The notes: generated by a model from the letters alone, not told the origin. Positions 22,601 to 35,561 are shown, counted from the first letter of the stretch. The stretch: DNA of 64,000 bases from Macrostomum hystrix (GCA_950097015.1 CATNEN010000039.1:18290001-18354000), one strand, 5' to 3'. A program made the numbers and translations.

Positions 22601-25600
22601 CAAATGAATGAAGAGAAGCATAGACAAGAGATAGAGCAGCAGCTGCAACTGGAGCAGCAACAAAAACTACTGCTCGACGAGTATCAACTACAGTTAGGGC
22701 AGCTGCAGGCCAAGTTATGCGAAGAGCATCAGCAGCGAATGAAAGAGGAACAGAAAAGGTTCAGCGAAAATTTTCAGGTAGAGCTACTTCAGCACCAGCA
22801 AAAACTGCAAGAAAATCGTCAGCAGCATCTTAAACAGCAGCAACAGAAGCTGCTTGAAGAACAGCAGGAACCGCTGCAGCAGAGGCTGCATGAAGAACAT
22901 CGTCTACAATTGGAGCATCAACAACAACATAAGCTGAGTGAAGAGCATCAGGTAGAGATTGAGCAGCGACAACAGAAGCTGAGAGAAGAGCATCAGGAAG
23001 AGATTGAGCATCTACAACAGAAGCTAAAAGAGGAGCATCAGGTAGAGATTGAGCAGCAACAACAGAAGCTGAGAGAAGAGCATCAGGTAGAGATTGAGCA
23101 TCTAGAACAGAAGCTAAAAGAGGAGCATCAGGTAGAGATTGAGCAGCAACAACAGAAGCTGAGAGAAGAGCATCAGGTAGAGATTGAGCATCTAGAACAG
23201 AAGCTAAAAGAGGAGCATCAGGTAGAGATTGAGCAGCAACAACAATATAAGCTGAGAGAAGAGCATCAGGTAGAGATTGAGCATCTGCAACAGAAGCTGA
23301 GAGAAGAGCATCAGGTTGAGATTGAGCAGCAACAACAGAAGCTAAAAGAGGAGCATCAGGTAGAGATTGAGCATCTGCAACAGAAGCTAAAAGAGGAGCA
23401 TCAGGTAGAGATTGAGCATCTGCAACAGAATCTGAGAAAAGAGCATCAGGTAGAATTTGAGCAGCAAGAACAAAAGCTAAGAGTGGATCATCAGGTAGCG
23501 ATTGAGCAGGTACAATATAAGCTGAGAGAAGAGCATCAGTTAGAGATTAAGCAGCAAGAACAAAAGCTGAGAGCGAAGCACCAGCAAGAGATTGAGCATC
23601 TGCAACAGAAGCTGACAAAAGAGAATCAGGTTGAGATTGAGCAGCAACAACAGAAGCTTAAAGAAGAGCATCAGTTAGAGATTGAGCGATTGCAACAGAA
23701 GCTGAGAGAAGAGCATCAGGTAGAGATTGAGCATCTGCAACAGAAGCTGAAAGAAGAGCATCTGTTAGAGATTGAGCAACAACAACAGAAGCTGAGAGAT
23801 GAACATCAGGTAGAGATTGAGCATCTGCAACAGAACCTGAGAGAAGAGCATCAGGTAGAGATTGAGCAACAACAACAGAAGCTGAGAGAAGAGCATCAGG
23901 TAGAGATTGAGCATCTACAACATAAGCTGAGAGAAGAGCATCAGGTAGAGATTAAGCAGCATGAACAAAAGCTCAGTGCGAAGCACCAGGTAGAGATTGA
24001 GCATCAACAACAGAAGCTGACAAAAGAGCATCAGGTTCAGATTGAGCATCTACAACAGAAGCTGAGAGAAGAGCATCAGGTAGAGATTGAGCAGCAAGAA
24101 CAAAAGCTCAGTGCGAAGCACCAGGTAGAGATTGAGCATCAACAACAGAAGCTGACAACAGAGCATCAGGTTGAGATTGAGCAACTGCAACAGAAGCTGA
24201 AAGAAGAGCATCAGGTAGAGATTGAGCAACTGCAACAGAAGCTGAGAGAAGAGCATCAGGTAGAGATTGAGCATCTACAACAGAAGCTAAAAGAGGAGCA
24301 TCAGGTAGAGATTGAGCATCTGCAACAGAAGCTGAGAGAAAAGCATCAGGTAGAGATTGAGCAGCATGAACAAAAGCTCAGTGCGAAGCACCAGGTAGAG
24401 ATTGAGCAGCAACAACACAAGCTGAAAGAGGAGCAAAAGGTAGAGATTGAGCATCTGCAACAGAACCTGAGAGAAGAGCATCAGGTAGAGATTGAGCAAC
24501 AACAACAGAAGCTGAGAGAAGAGCATCAGGTTCAGATTGAGCATCTACAACAGAAGCTGAGAGAAGAGCATCAGGTAGAGATTGAGCAGCAAGAACAAAA
24601 GCTCAGTGCGAAGCACCAGGTAGAGATTGAGCATCAACAACAGAAGCTGACAACAGAGCATCAGGTTGAGATTGAGCATCTGCAACAGAAGCTGAGAGAA
24701 GAGCATCAGGTAGAGATTGAGCATCTACAACAGAAGCTAAAAGAGGAGCATCAGGTAGAGATTGAGCATCTGCAACAGAAGCTGAGAGAAGAGCATCAGG
24801 TAGAGATTGAGCAGCATGAACAAAAGCTCAGTGCGAAGCACCAGGTAGAGATTGAGCAGCAACAACAGAAGCTGAGAGAGGAGCAAAAGGTAGAGATTGA
24901 GCATCTGCAACAGAACCTGAGAGAAGAGCATCAGGTAGAGATTGAGCAACAACAACAGAAGCTGAGAGAAGAGCATCAGGTTCAGATTGAGCATCTACAA
25001 CAGAAGCTGAGAGAAGAGCATCAGGTAGAGATTGAGCAGCAAGAACAAAAGCTCAGTGCGAAGCACCAGGTAGAGATTGAGCATCAACAACAGAAGCTGA
25101 CAACAGAGCATCAGGTAGAGATTGAGCAACTGCAACAGAAGCTGAGAGAAGAGCATCAGGTAGAGATTGAGCATCTACAACAGAAGCTAAAAGAGGAGCA
25201 TCAGGTAGAGATTGAGCATCTGCAACAGAAGCTGAGAGAAGAGCATCAGGTAGAGATTGAGCAGCATGAACAAAAGCTCAGTGCGAAGCACCAGGTAGAG
25301 ATTGAGCAGCAACAACAGAAGCTGAGAGAGGAGCAAAAGGTAGAGATTGAGCATCTGCAACAGAACCTGAGAGAAGAGCATCAGGTAGAGATTGAGCAAC
25401 AACAACAGAAGCTGAGAGAAGAGCATCAGGTTCAGATTGAGCATCTACAACAGAAGCTGAGAGAAGAGCATCAGGTAGAGATTGAGCAGCAAGAACAAAA
25501 GCTCAGTGCGAAGCACCAGGTAGAGATTGAGCATCAACAACAGAAGCTGACAACAGAGCATCAGGTTGAGATTGAGCATCTGCAACAGAAGCTGAAAGAA

Positions 25601-28480
25601 GAGCATCAGGTAGAGATTGAGCAACTGCAACAGAAGCTGAGAGAAGAGCATCAGGAAGAGATTGAGCAGCATTACCAAAGGCTCAGTGCGAATCACCAGG
25701 TAGAGATTGAGCATCAACAACAGAAGCTGACAAAAGAGCATCAGGTTCGGATTGAGCATCTACAACAGAAGCTGAGAGAAGAGCATCAGGTAGAGATTGA
25801 GCAGCGACAACAGAAGCTGAGAGAAGAGCATCAGGAAGAGATTGAGCAGCAACAACAGAAGCTGACAAAGGAGCTTCAGGTTGAGATTGAGCAGCAACAA
25901 CAGAAGCTGAGAGAGGAGCAAAAGGTAGAGATTGAGCATCTTCAACAGAAGCTGAAAGAAGAGCATCAGGTTGAGATTGAGCAACAACAACAGAAGCTGA
26001 GAGAAGAGCATCAGGTAGAGATTGAGCATCTGCAACAGAAGCTGATAGAAGAGCATCAGGTAGAGATTGAGCATCAACAACAGAAGCTGAGAGAAGTGCA
26101 TCAGGTAGAGATTGAGCATCTAGAACAGAAGCTAAAAGAGGAGCATCAGGTAGAGATTGAGCAGCAACAACAGAAGCTGAGAAAAGAGCATCAGGTAGAG
26201 ATTGAGCATCTACAACAGAAGCTAAAAGAGGAGCATCAGGTAGAGATTGAGCATCTGCAACAGAAGCTGAGAGAAGAGCATCAGGTAGAGATTGAGCAGC
26301 AACAACAGAAGCTGAGAGAGGAGCTAAAGGTAGAGATTGAGCATCTGCAACAGAAGCTGAGAGAAGAGCATCAGGTAGAGATTGAGCAGCAACAACAGAA
26401 GCTGAGAGAGGAGCTAAAGGTAGAGATTGAGCATCTGCAACAGAAGCTGAGAGAAGAGCATCAGGTAGAGATTGAGCATCTACAACAGAAGCTGAGAGAG
26501 GAGCATCAGGTAGAGATTGAGCAACAGCAACAGAAGCTGAGAGAGGAGAATCAGCTAGAGAGTGAGCAACAACAGAAGCTGAGAGAAGAGCATCAAGTAG
26601 AGATTGAGCAGCAACAACAGAAGCTGAGAGAGGAGCATCAGTTAGATCATGAACGTCAACAACAGAAGCTGCAACAAGAGTATCAGCAGCACCTGGAAGT
26701 GCAGCAGCAAAAATTGCAAGATGAACATCAGATAAAGCTCGAGCAGCTGGAACAAACGCTCCGTAAAGAGCATCGGCTAGAAATGGAGCATGTTGAGCAA
26801 AATCTGCGAGAAACACTTCATCTAGAGCTGCTCCAAAACTCACAGTCCACTGAGGAATGGCAGATTCGATTCAATGAGACGTTGAGACATATGAAGGAGA
26901 AACATCTAGAGGAATTCAGTCTTCACGAGCAAAATTTTAAAGAAGAGCTAGAACAGAAATTATCAGATTTGCAAAATAGGCATCAAGATGAGCAGCAGCA
27001 ACAGCTTGAAAAACAACAAAATAGGCTGCGAGGCAAGTTTGAGCTGCAGCTTGATGAACAAAGGCGAAAAATGTGTGACGAGCATCAGCGAATTCTAGAG
27101 CAGCAAGAGAAGGCGCTGTTAGCTGAGCGCGAAACCCTAATTAATCAGCAAAAACTATCAATGCTGAAAGAACACAGGAAAGAGCTAGAGCAACAGGAGA
27201 AAAAAATTAAAGATGAATGTGAGCTAGAGTTTGGTCGACAGCAGAAAGAGCAGTTTCAGTTATTCGAAAACCAGCTAGAGCAAGTACAGCAAAGTCTTCT
27301 AGAAGAGTATCAGCGTCGACTGGAAACGGAGCAGGAAAAGCTTATTGTAAAACACAAAGAACAGCTGGATGCTAAGGAGCGGAAGCAGCTAAGCGATGAT
27401 CAGCTGAAGCTAGAAGAGGAGTTGAAAAATATTCGCGACACCTACGAGCAAAAGCTAAAGGAACACCAGAAAGCAGAGAGTGCAACACAGCAAAAATTGC
27501 TTCAGCAGCATCAGCAAGAAAAAGAATTGTTTGATCAGCGCCAAAATAAGATGACTGAAGAACATCAGCAGCACTTGGTGCAGCAGCAGCAGAGATTGCT
27601 TGAAGAGCAAAAACTCCAGTTGGAGAAGCAGCAGCAAGAACTTAATCAAAAGCATCTGCAGCAGCTGAATGAGCTCGAGAAGAAGCTGATAGAAGAGTAT
27701 CAGCAGCAGCAGCAAAGTGTGCAGCAGAAATATCAAATCAAACTAGACCAGCAACAGTTGGAGTTGCAGGGTACACACCAAGAGCAGCTGAAGCAGCGTG
27801 AGCAGGAATTGTTTAAAGATTATCAATTGCAGCTCGAGGAAATGTGTATAATGTTACGTAGTGAGCATCAGCAACAGTTGGAACAGCGTCTACAAGAACT
27901 TCGTGCTGAGTATGAGCTAAAGCAGCAGCAGCATGTGCAAAACCAGCATCAAAAGTCGGAATCAAGTAGCGAATACTTGCAAGCTCATGCACAGCAAAGC
28001 CAATTTGAGCAACAGAAGCAGCAACTGCAGGAACACTATCAGAAACTAATTGAGGAGCTGAAGCTCTTGCTGGAGCTTCAGCAACAGGAGCTGAAAGAGA
28101 AAGAGGCATCGCTAGAGCCGCATCAGAGGCAGTTGGGAATGTTGCAGCAAGAACTGCAACAATTGCGACAGCAACTATCGGAGATGGAAGTTCAGCTTGA
28201 GTATCACAGACACGAAAATCAACGCATTGAGCAGCAGCATCATCAGCAGGCGGATTTGTCGAACCAATGGGCCACAGAACGAGAAAAACTAATCGGCGAG
28301 CATCAGCAGTTGCTAGCTGACCGGCTGGAACAACAGCGTCGCGACTTGGTCGAACAACTGGCCAAAAGAAACGGTGGCGTGTTGAATTCGCCGTTGATTT
28401 TGGCAGCGGCCGCAGTCTGCGGTACGGCCATAATTAGCATTTCTCTATTATCCATGGTGGTCCGCTGGCGACCGGACTAA
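19626..28480 (+). CDS. SLMAP: SLMAP-like protein (FHA, very long coiled coil, C-terminal TM anchor), ~2558 aa; exons 19626-20021, 20465-21061, 21797-28480
   Basis: FHA motifs KIGRAV..NNAYFDCRVLSREHA..DMGSTNGTFVNGQRLS; exon 2 starts VTHNRIVAQVQLFLPNG, as in SLMAP; phase-0 GT-AG introns; hydrophobic C-terminal tail. Confidence 0.9.
21158..21302 (-). mobile_element. SINE family A copy in SLMAP intron 2
   Basis: Reverse complement of 30-175. Confidence 0.75.
21455..21745 (+). mobile_element. SINE family B copy
   Basis: gaggccacatt.atttggggcgcagccgcggag..gaaggcttggggg shared with 44040-44140 and 48430-48500. Confidence 0.65.
22929..26660 (+). repeat. 45-bp coding minisatellite (HLQQKLREEHQVEIE), roughly 80 units, with 450-bp higher-order repeats
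   Basis: Unit gagcatcaggtagagattgagcatctgcaacagaagctgagagaa; identical antisense ORFs at 24287, 24737 and 25187 show the 450-bp period. Confidence 0.95.
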
Positions 28481-29234
28481 AGTCCTAATATGGCAAGTTT
28501 GACTGACACTTTGCTGAAAAGGCCTCAGCGAATCTAAGCCATTTATAAAATTACAATAAAGTAGAACTGTTAATATTTGTTTCGGATGCTTTTAGATTCT
28601 TGTCAGCTACAAGGTCGCTACAAAAAGGAACGAAAACACAAATTCATTCAATATTATTTTATTTCCGAATCCATAAGAAATCATTACCGCCTTCCAGTTA
28701 GTTCAGCTAGATGCTGCTAAACTCACCCATTTTACCCCAAATAAGTTGAAGACTGTTTCTATTTCTTGATAAATCCCGTTTCGATAACGAAACTAGTACA
28801 CTTTTTTGTTTCGCTAAATTTCGTTTTTTCCTACTAAACAGTCTACAGCTGCTTTTTGATTTCGCTTTTAAATTTTTTTTGTCGTCGCGGAATTTTTATT
28901 TTGTTATACACATTTATTTACCGATTTTGTTTGGTAATTCCAATTTTTTTTAAAACTGCGCTTCAAAAACCGTCCCAATATTTAATTTCCTGACAAATCT
29001 TTTTGCTCTTTTTTGTTAGTGTGATCCCTAAAGCTTCGAGCTAAGCAGAAAATATTGTCCAGGTTCTATTTTTATTTTTGTGATATTTCGCTGACAACAA
29101 GAAATACTGTTTATTTTTACTTTATATGTATCGACATTAATTAGGAACCTGTGTCTTTAATTTATCTTGGTTCTTTTAGTTTAAAGAGTAACATTGCAAG
29201 CCTCGTTCATTTTCCCATTGTTAGCCGGTTTCGC

Positions 29235-29690
29235 CAATTATCCCCTCACGTAACTGATTATCCCATCGGGTGACCTCTTGTCCCCTCACTTTACTGAATA
29301 TCCCATCGGGTGACCTCTTGTCCCCTCACGTAGCTGATTATCCCATCGGGTGACCTCTTGTCCCCTCACGTAGCTGATTATCCCATCGGATGACCTATTG
29401 TCCCCTCGGATGACCTATTGTCCCCTCACGTAGCTGATTATCCCATCGGATGACCTATTGTCCCCTCGGATGACCTATTGTCCCCTCGGATGACCTATTG
29501 TCCCCTCACGTAGCTGATTATCCCATCGGGTGACCTCTTGTCCCCTCACGTAGCTGATTATCCCATCGGATGACCTATTGTCCCCTCGGATGACCTATTG
29601 TCCCCTCACGTAGCTGATTATCCCATCGGATGACCTATTGTCTCCTCACGTAGCTGATTATCCCATCGGATGACCTATTGTACCCTCAAG
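29235..29690. repeat. 40-bp minisatellite built from 20-bp subunits
   Basis: tcccctcacgtagctgatta / tcccatcggatgacctattg alternation. Confidence 0.95.
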
Positions 29691-29780
29691 TATAATCCCC
29701 TTAAGTAAATCAAAATCGCAGCTCTCGGAAACGATTGAGCTCATAAAGCCAGTAAAAATGATCATATTTGCGCCTTTCAG

Positions 29781-31796
29781 CGGCGAATCGATTATCGGCA
29801 AGCTGGCAGGCTGCTAAAACTGGTTGTAACCGGTCGAAGTGGTCTCAAAGCTGCCCTGTACCGAACCGCAGCCAAAGCCACTGATGATTCCAATGGCAGC
29901 AGGCGACGCCGCATGCTGTGCGCTTTGGTCTGTCGGACTCTGCGAAATTTGCGCCAGTTGGAATCGACTCTAGCCTCCAATGAAGCCTCGGTGCTGAATG
30001 CTGTCACGGGCCAGCCTGTTCATTCTCGTCTACCGTCCAGATACGAATGCCTGGTGCAAGCCTGCGACCTGCTCTCTGCGCCTCGTCGACTTCTCGGACG
30101 TCGTCGACTTGCCGGCGGCGTTAACTCTGAATTAGCCAGCCGTCTTAGTAAAATTACAGCTTCCATCGTTGAAGCTGCCACTTCCAGTTGCCAGCAGCCG
30201 CCTTTGCCGCGCTATGCTCGAATCAATCGCCTACTGGCTCAGCCCGCTGATGTCTTCGCTCGTCTAGCCGCTGACGGCTTTGTCGCCGTCGAGCCAGACT
30301 ATAGGACAGTTTCTACCATAGACAGTGTGGACAACTTGACAACTGGGCGCTACCTGAAGACTGACCTGCACGTGCCAGATTTGTTGACATTCGCGGCTTG
30401 TGATTCAGCTCGACTAGCTGTACATCCGCTTGTCACTAGCGGCGCACTCTGCCTGGTGGACAAAGCCAGCTGCCTTCCGCCAGTGTGTCTGCGACCTCCG
30501 CCAGGTGCTTGGGTTCTGGACGCCTGCGCGGCGCCTGGAAATAAAACTCTTCAACTGGCTGACATGGTTGGCCCAGCTGGTCGGGTTCTGGCTGTTGACA
30601 GGGACACTCGGCGATTTGGCGATCTGCGGCGACGCCTGACCGCCATGGGTGCGGCTGATCGAGTGAAATTCCTGCGATGCGACTGCCTAGAACTGGGTGA
30701 CAGGCTCAGTCTGAGATGCCGCGAGCGGATCACCCACATTCTGGTGCGATTCCTGCTTCGATTCTGTTTGTCCATTTTGTCTTGTTTTGCTTTGTCGTTT
30801 AATTGTTTGCTCCATGTCTCGACATTGCCCCAGGTGGATCCCAGCTGTTCTGGGTCCGGTTTGACAGCTCGCAGTGTTGAACGGCAGACTCTGGACGATG
30901 GCTTAGACAACGACTCAGATCCGGCTAAAGAAGAGCAACGCTTAGAATCCTTGGCTAACTTTCAGGTTAGCTTTGAAGCTTTTGTTAGAATATTAACAGA
31001 AAGTGTGAGCCAATCAGAAAGTGAGAATGGATTGATAGCGAAACGTGTGAGCCAATCAGAAGGTGAGAAGGGAGTGTGAACAAAAAGTGTGAGCCAATCA
31101 GAAGGTGAGAAGGGAGTGTGAACAAAAAGTGTGAGCCAATCAGAAGGTGAGAAGGGAATAAAAGCGAATCGTGTGAGCCAATCAGAATGCAAGCGAAAGT
31201 ATGAGCCAATCACGAGACAGGAAGGATCGAAATAAAAGCAGAACGTGTAAGCCAATCAGAATGCTTGAAGGGAATAGGAGCGGAAAATGTGAGCCGATCA
31301 GAAAAGAGTAACGGAATATAAATGGAAACTTGTGAGCCAATCAGAAGGCAGAATGGTAATTCTGGTAATAATGGTAATTCGCCACGATACAACTGTACAC
31401 TGTACAAAATTTTCGGCGCAGGCAATGGTTCTTCGCTCGGCTCTGTCCGACTATCCCTACGCTAGTCGAGTCGTCTACTCAACCTGCTCGGTGCATCAAC
31501 GCGAAAATGAAGCCGTAGTGAAAGAGCTGGCCGATAATTTCGCCAATCGCGGCTGGCGTCTAACCAGACTGATGAAATCCAGCTGGCCAACCAGAGGTTT
31601 GAATTCTCCCCTCTTTGCCAACGGTGACATGTGCCTCCGAGCTGGACCGGAGACGGACAGAACTGGCGGCTTCTTTGTAGCCTGCTTTGTGCGGGACAGC
31701 GTTAAGCCAGTGACTGCTAGATTGTTTGGCATTCAGAAGGCCGGCGCTTTCGGTTCTAACGCCGGTCGGCGACAGAAACGACGTCGAAGACCTTAA
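29781..31796 (+). CDS. NSUN5: 28S rRNA m5C methyltransferase NSUN5/Rcm1-like; exons 29781-30743, 30834-30965, 31422-31796; no genomic ATG seen
   Basis: N-terminal Y..A..L...G.K.., LPRYARIN, DKASC, DACAAPGNKT, VDPSCSGSG, VYSTCS..ENE.VV, GFFVACF. Confidence 0.9.
31000..31345. repeat. Imperfect intronic repeat with about nine AGCCAATCA boxes
   Basis: gtgagccaatcagaa repeated every ~40-50 bp. Confidence 0.85.
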
Positions 31797-31798
31797 AC

Positions 31799-32143
31799 CA
31801 GGGGTCGGCAAACTTATTAATGTGCGGGCCACGCAGAGAACCTAAAAGACGACAGCGGGCCGCATTAACTGGAGGGATATGAGAAAGGGGAGAGATGAGA
31901 CGCAGGATAGACAGGGAGAGATGAGATGAGATGAGGACGTGTAAGCCAATCAGAATGCTGGAAGGGAATAGGAGTGGAAAATGTGAGCATTGGTGAGAGA
32001 TGAGACAGGGAGAGATGAGACAGGGAGAGATGCGACAGGGAGAGATGAGACATGGTACTGTAGGTGTCGGAAGGGGCAACGGGCCGGATTTGGGAGCTTC
32101 GAGGGCCACATCTGGCCCGCGGGTCGGAGTTTGCCGACACCTG
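31799..32143. mobile_element. hAT-type MITE, 345 bp
   Basis: TIRs CAGGGGTCGGCAAAC / GTTTGCCGACACCTG; perfect 8-bp TSD CCTTAAAC (31791-31798 and 32144-32151). Confidence 0.9.
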
Positions 32144-32439
32144 CCTTAAACTAACAAAGTCTAGTTTTCCAACTGCATTTTCAAATTGACTGTTTGACAA
32201 TTGACAAATAAAACTGTTGGCTTCCTGGTGCGCGATATTTGTGATTAAAATCTAGAAGCAGAATTCTGAATTTCATTTCTTTTTAAGCAATGTCAAAATC
32301 AGCAAGCTTGATAAAAAAAGAAAGGAGCCTGACTCTATGGATAAGCAACTTATAGGAATTAACTAGTCTACTTTGATAAGGTAATGCATTCCTTAGCACG
32401 AGCTCACATTTGTCCGATTTGCAATGTTAGTTAACCTTT

Positions 32440-35400
32440 GACATCCACTTGACAGAGTTTAGATAATCCAGTTTGACATAATATAGATAATCCACTTGAC
32501 AGGGTTTAGATAATCCAGTTTGACACAATCTATATAATCCACTTGACAGTTTTGATAATCCAGTTTGACATAATCTAGATAATCCACTTGACAGTTTTGA
32601 TAATCCAGTTTGACATAATCTAGATAATCCACTTGACAGTTTTGATAATCCAGTTTGACATAATCTAGATAATCCACTTGACAGTTTTGATAATCCAGTT
32701 TGACATAATCTAGATAATCCACTTGACAGTTTTGATAATCCAGTTTGACATAATCTAGATAATCCACTTGACAGTTTTGATAATCCAGTTTGACATAATC
32801 TAGATAATCCACTTGACAGTTTTGATAATCCAGTTTGACATAATCTAGATAATCCACTTGACAGTTTTGATAATCCAGTTTGACATAATCTAGATAATCC
32901 ACTTGACAGTTTTGATAATCCAGTTTGACATAATATAGATAATCCACTTGACAGAGTTTAGATAATCCAGTTTGACATAATATAGATAATCCACTTGACA
33001 GTTTTGATAATCCAGTTTGACATAATATAGATAATCCACTTGACAGTTTTGATAATCCAGTTTGACACAATCTATATAATCCACTTGACAGTTTTGATAA
33101 TCCAGTTTGACATAATCTAGATAATCCACTTGACAGTTTTGATAATCCAGTTTGACATAATATAGATAATCCACTTGACAGAGTTTAGATAATCCAGTTT
33201 GACATAATATAGATAATCCACTTGACAGTTTAGATAATCCAGTTTGACATAATATAGATAATCCACTTGACAGAGTTTAGATAATCCAGTTTGACATAAT
33301 ATAGATAATCCACTTGACAGTTTTGATAATCCAGTTTGACATAATATAGATAATCCACTTGACAGAGTTTAGATAATCCAGTTTGACACAATCTAGATAA
33401 TCCACTTGACAGAGTTTAGATAATCCAGTTTGACATAATCTAGATAATCCACTTGACAGGGTTTAGATAATCCAGTTTGACATAATATAGATAATCCACT
33501 TGACAGAGTTTAGATAATCCAGTTTGACACAATCTAGATAATCCACTTGACAGAGTTTAGATAATCCAGTTTGACATAATCTAGATAATCCACTTGACAG
33601 GGTTTAGATAATCCAGTTTGACATAATCTAGATAATCCACTTGACAGGGTTTAGATAATCCAGTTTGACATAATATAGATAATCCACTTGACAGTTTTGA
33701 TAATCCAGTTTGACACAATCTATATAATCCACTTGACAGTTTTGATAATCCAGTTTGACATAATATAGATAATCCACTTGACAGTTTTGATAATCCAGTT
33801 TGACACAATCTATATAATCCACTTGACAGTTTAGATAATCCAGTTTGACATAATATAGATAATCCACTTGACAGTTTTGATAATCCAGTTTGACATAATA
33901 TAGATAATCCACTTGACAGAGTTTAGATAATCCAGTTTGACATAATATAGATAATCCACTTGACAGTTTTGATAATCCAGTTTGACATAATCTAGATAAT
34001 CCACTTGACAGGGTTTAGATAATCCAGTTTGACATAATCTAGATAATCCACTTGACAGGGTTTATAGAATTCAGTTTGACATAATCTAGATAATCCACTT
34101 GACAGGGTTTACAGAATTCAGTTTGACATAATCTAGATAATCCACTTGACAGGGTTTATAGAATTCAGTTTGACATAATCTAGATAATCCACTTGACAGG
34201 GTTTATAGAATCCAGTTTGACATAATCTAGATAATCCACTTGACAGAGTTTAGATAATCCAGTTTGACACAATCTAGATAATCCACTTGACAGAGTTTAG
34301 ATAATCCAGTTTGACACAATCTAGATAATCCACTTGACAGAGTTTAGATAATCCAGTTTGACATAATATAGATAATCCACTTGACAGTTTTGATAATCCA
34401 GTTTGACATAATATAGATAATCCACTTGACAGAGTTTAGATAATCCAGTTTGACATAATATAGATAATCCACTTGACAGTTTTGATAATCCAGTTTGACA
34501 TAATATAGATAATCCACTTGACAGAGTTTAGATAATCCAGTTTGACACAATCTAGATAATCCACTTGACAGAGTTTAGATAATCCAGTTTGACATAATCT
34601 AGATAATCCACTTGTCAGGGTTTAGATAATCCAGTTTGACATAATCTAGATAATCCACTTGACAGAGTTTAGATAATCCAGTTTGACACAATCTAGATAA
34701 TCCACTTGACAGAGTTTGGATAATCCAGTTTGACATAATCTAGATAATCCACTTGACAGAGTTTAGATAATCCAGTTTGACATAATCTAGATAATCCACT
34801 TGACAGGGTTTAGATAATCCAGTTTGACATAATCTAGATAATCCACTTGACAGGGTTTAGATAATCCAGTTTGACATAATCTAGATAATCCACTTGACAG
34901 AGTTTAGATAATCCAGTTTGACACAATCTAGATAATCCACTTGACAGAGTTTAGATAATCCAGTTTGACATAATCTAGATAATCCACTTGACAGGGTTTA
35001 GATAATCCAGTTTGACATAATCTAGATAATCCACTTGACAGGGTTTAGATAATCCAGTTTGACATAATATAGATAATCCACTTGACAGGGTTTAGATAAT
35101 CCAGTTTGACATAATCTAGATAATCCACTTGACAGAGTTTAGATAATCCAGTTTGACATAATCTAGATAATCCACTTGACAGGGTTTAGATAATCCAGTT
35201 TGACATAATCTAGATAATCCACTTGACAGGGTTTAGATAATCCAGTTTGACATAATCTAGATAATCCACTTGACAGAGTTTAGATAATCCAGTTTGACAC
35301 AATCTAGATAATCCACTTGACAGAGTTTAGATAATCCAGTTTGACATAATCTAGATAATCCACTTGACAGGGTTTAGATAATCCAGTTTGACATAATCTA

Positions 35401-35517
35401 GATAATCCACTTGACAGGGTTTAGATAATCCAGTTTGACATAATATAGATAATCCACTTGACAGGGTTTAGATAATCCAGTTTGACATAATCTAGATAAT
35501 CCACTTGACAGGGTTTA
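32440..35517. repeat. 45-47-bp minisatellite (dimer of related 21-24-bp halves), ~3.1 kb
   Basis: gataatccacttgacagtttt + gataatccagtttgacataatcta. Confidence 0.97.
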
Positions 35518-35561
35518 GGTATTAAATATCGGAACCTCACAAGTTTGCAGCCAATGCGGCC

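Noticed and set aside
22230-28109. Leu-rich antisense ORFs over SLMAP exon 3
   Set aside because: Shadows of the CAG/GAG-rich coding repeat
32459-34550. VDYLDYVKLDYQNCQ repeat ORFs
   Set aside because: Translation of a 45-bp minisatellite with frequent frameshifting 46/47-bp units
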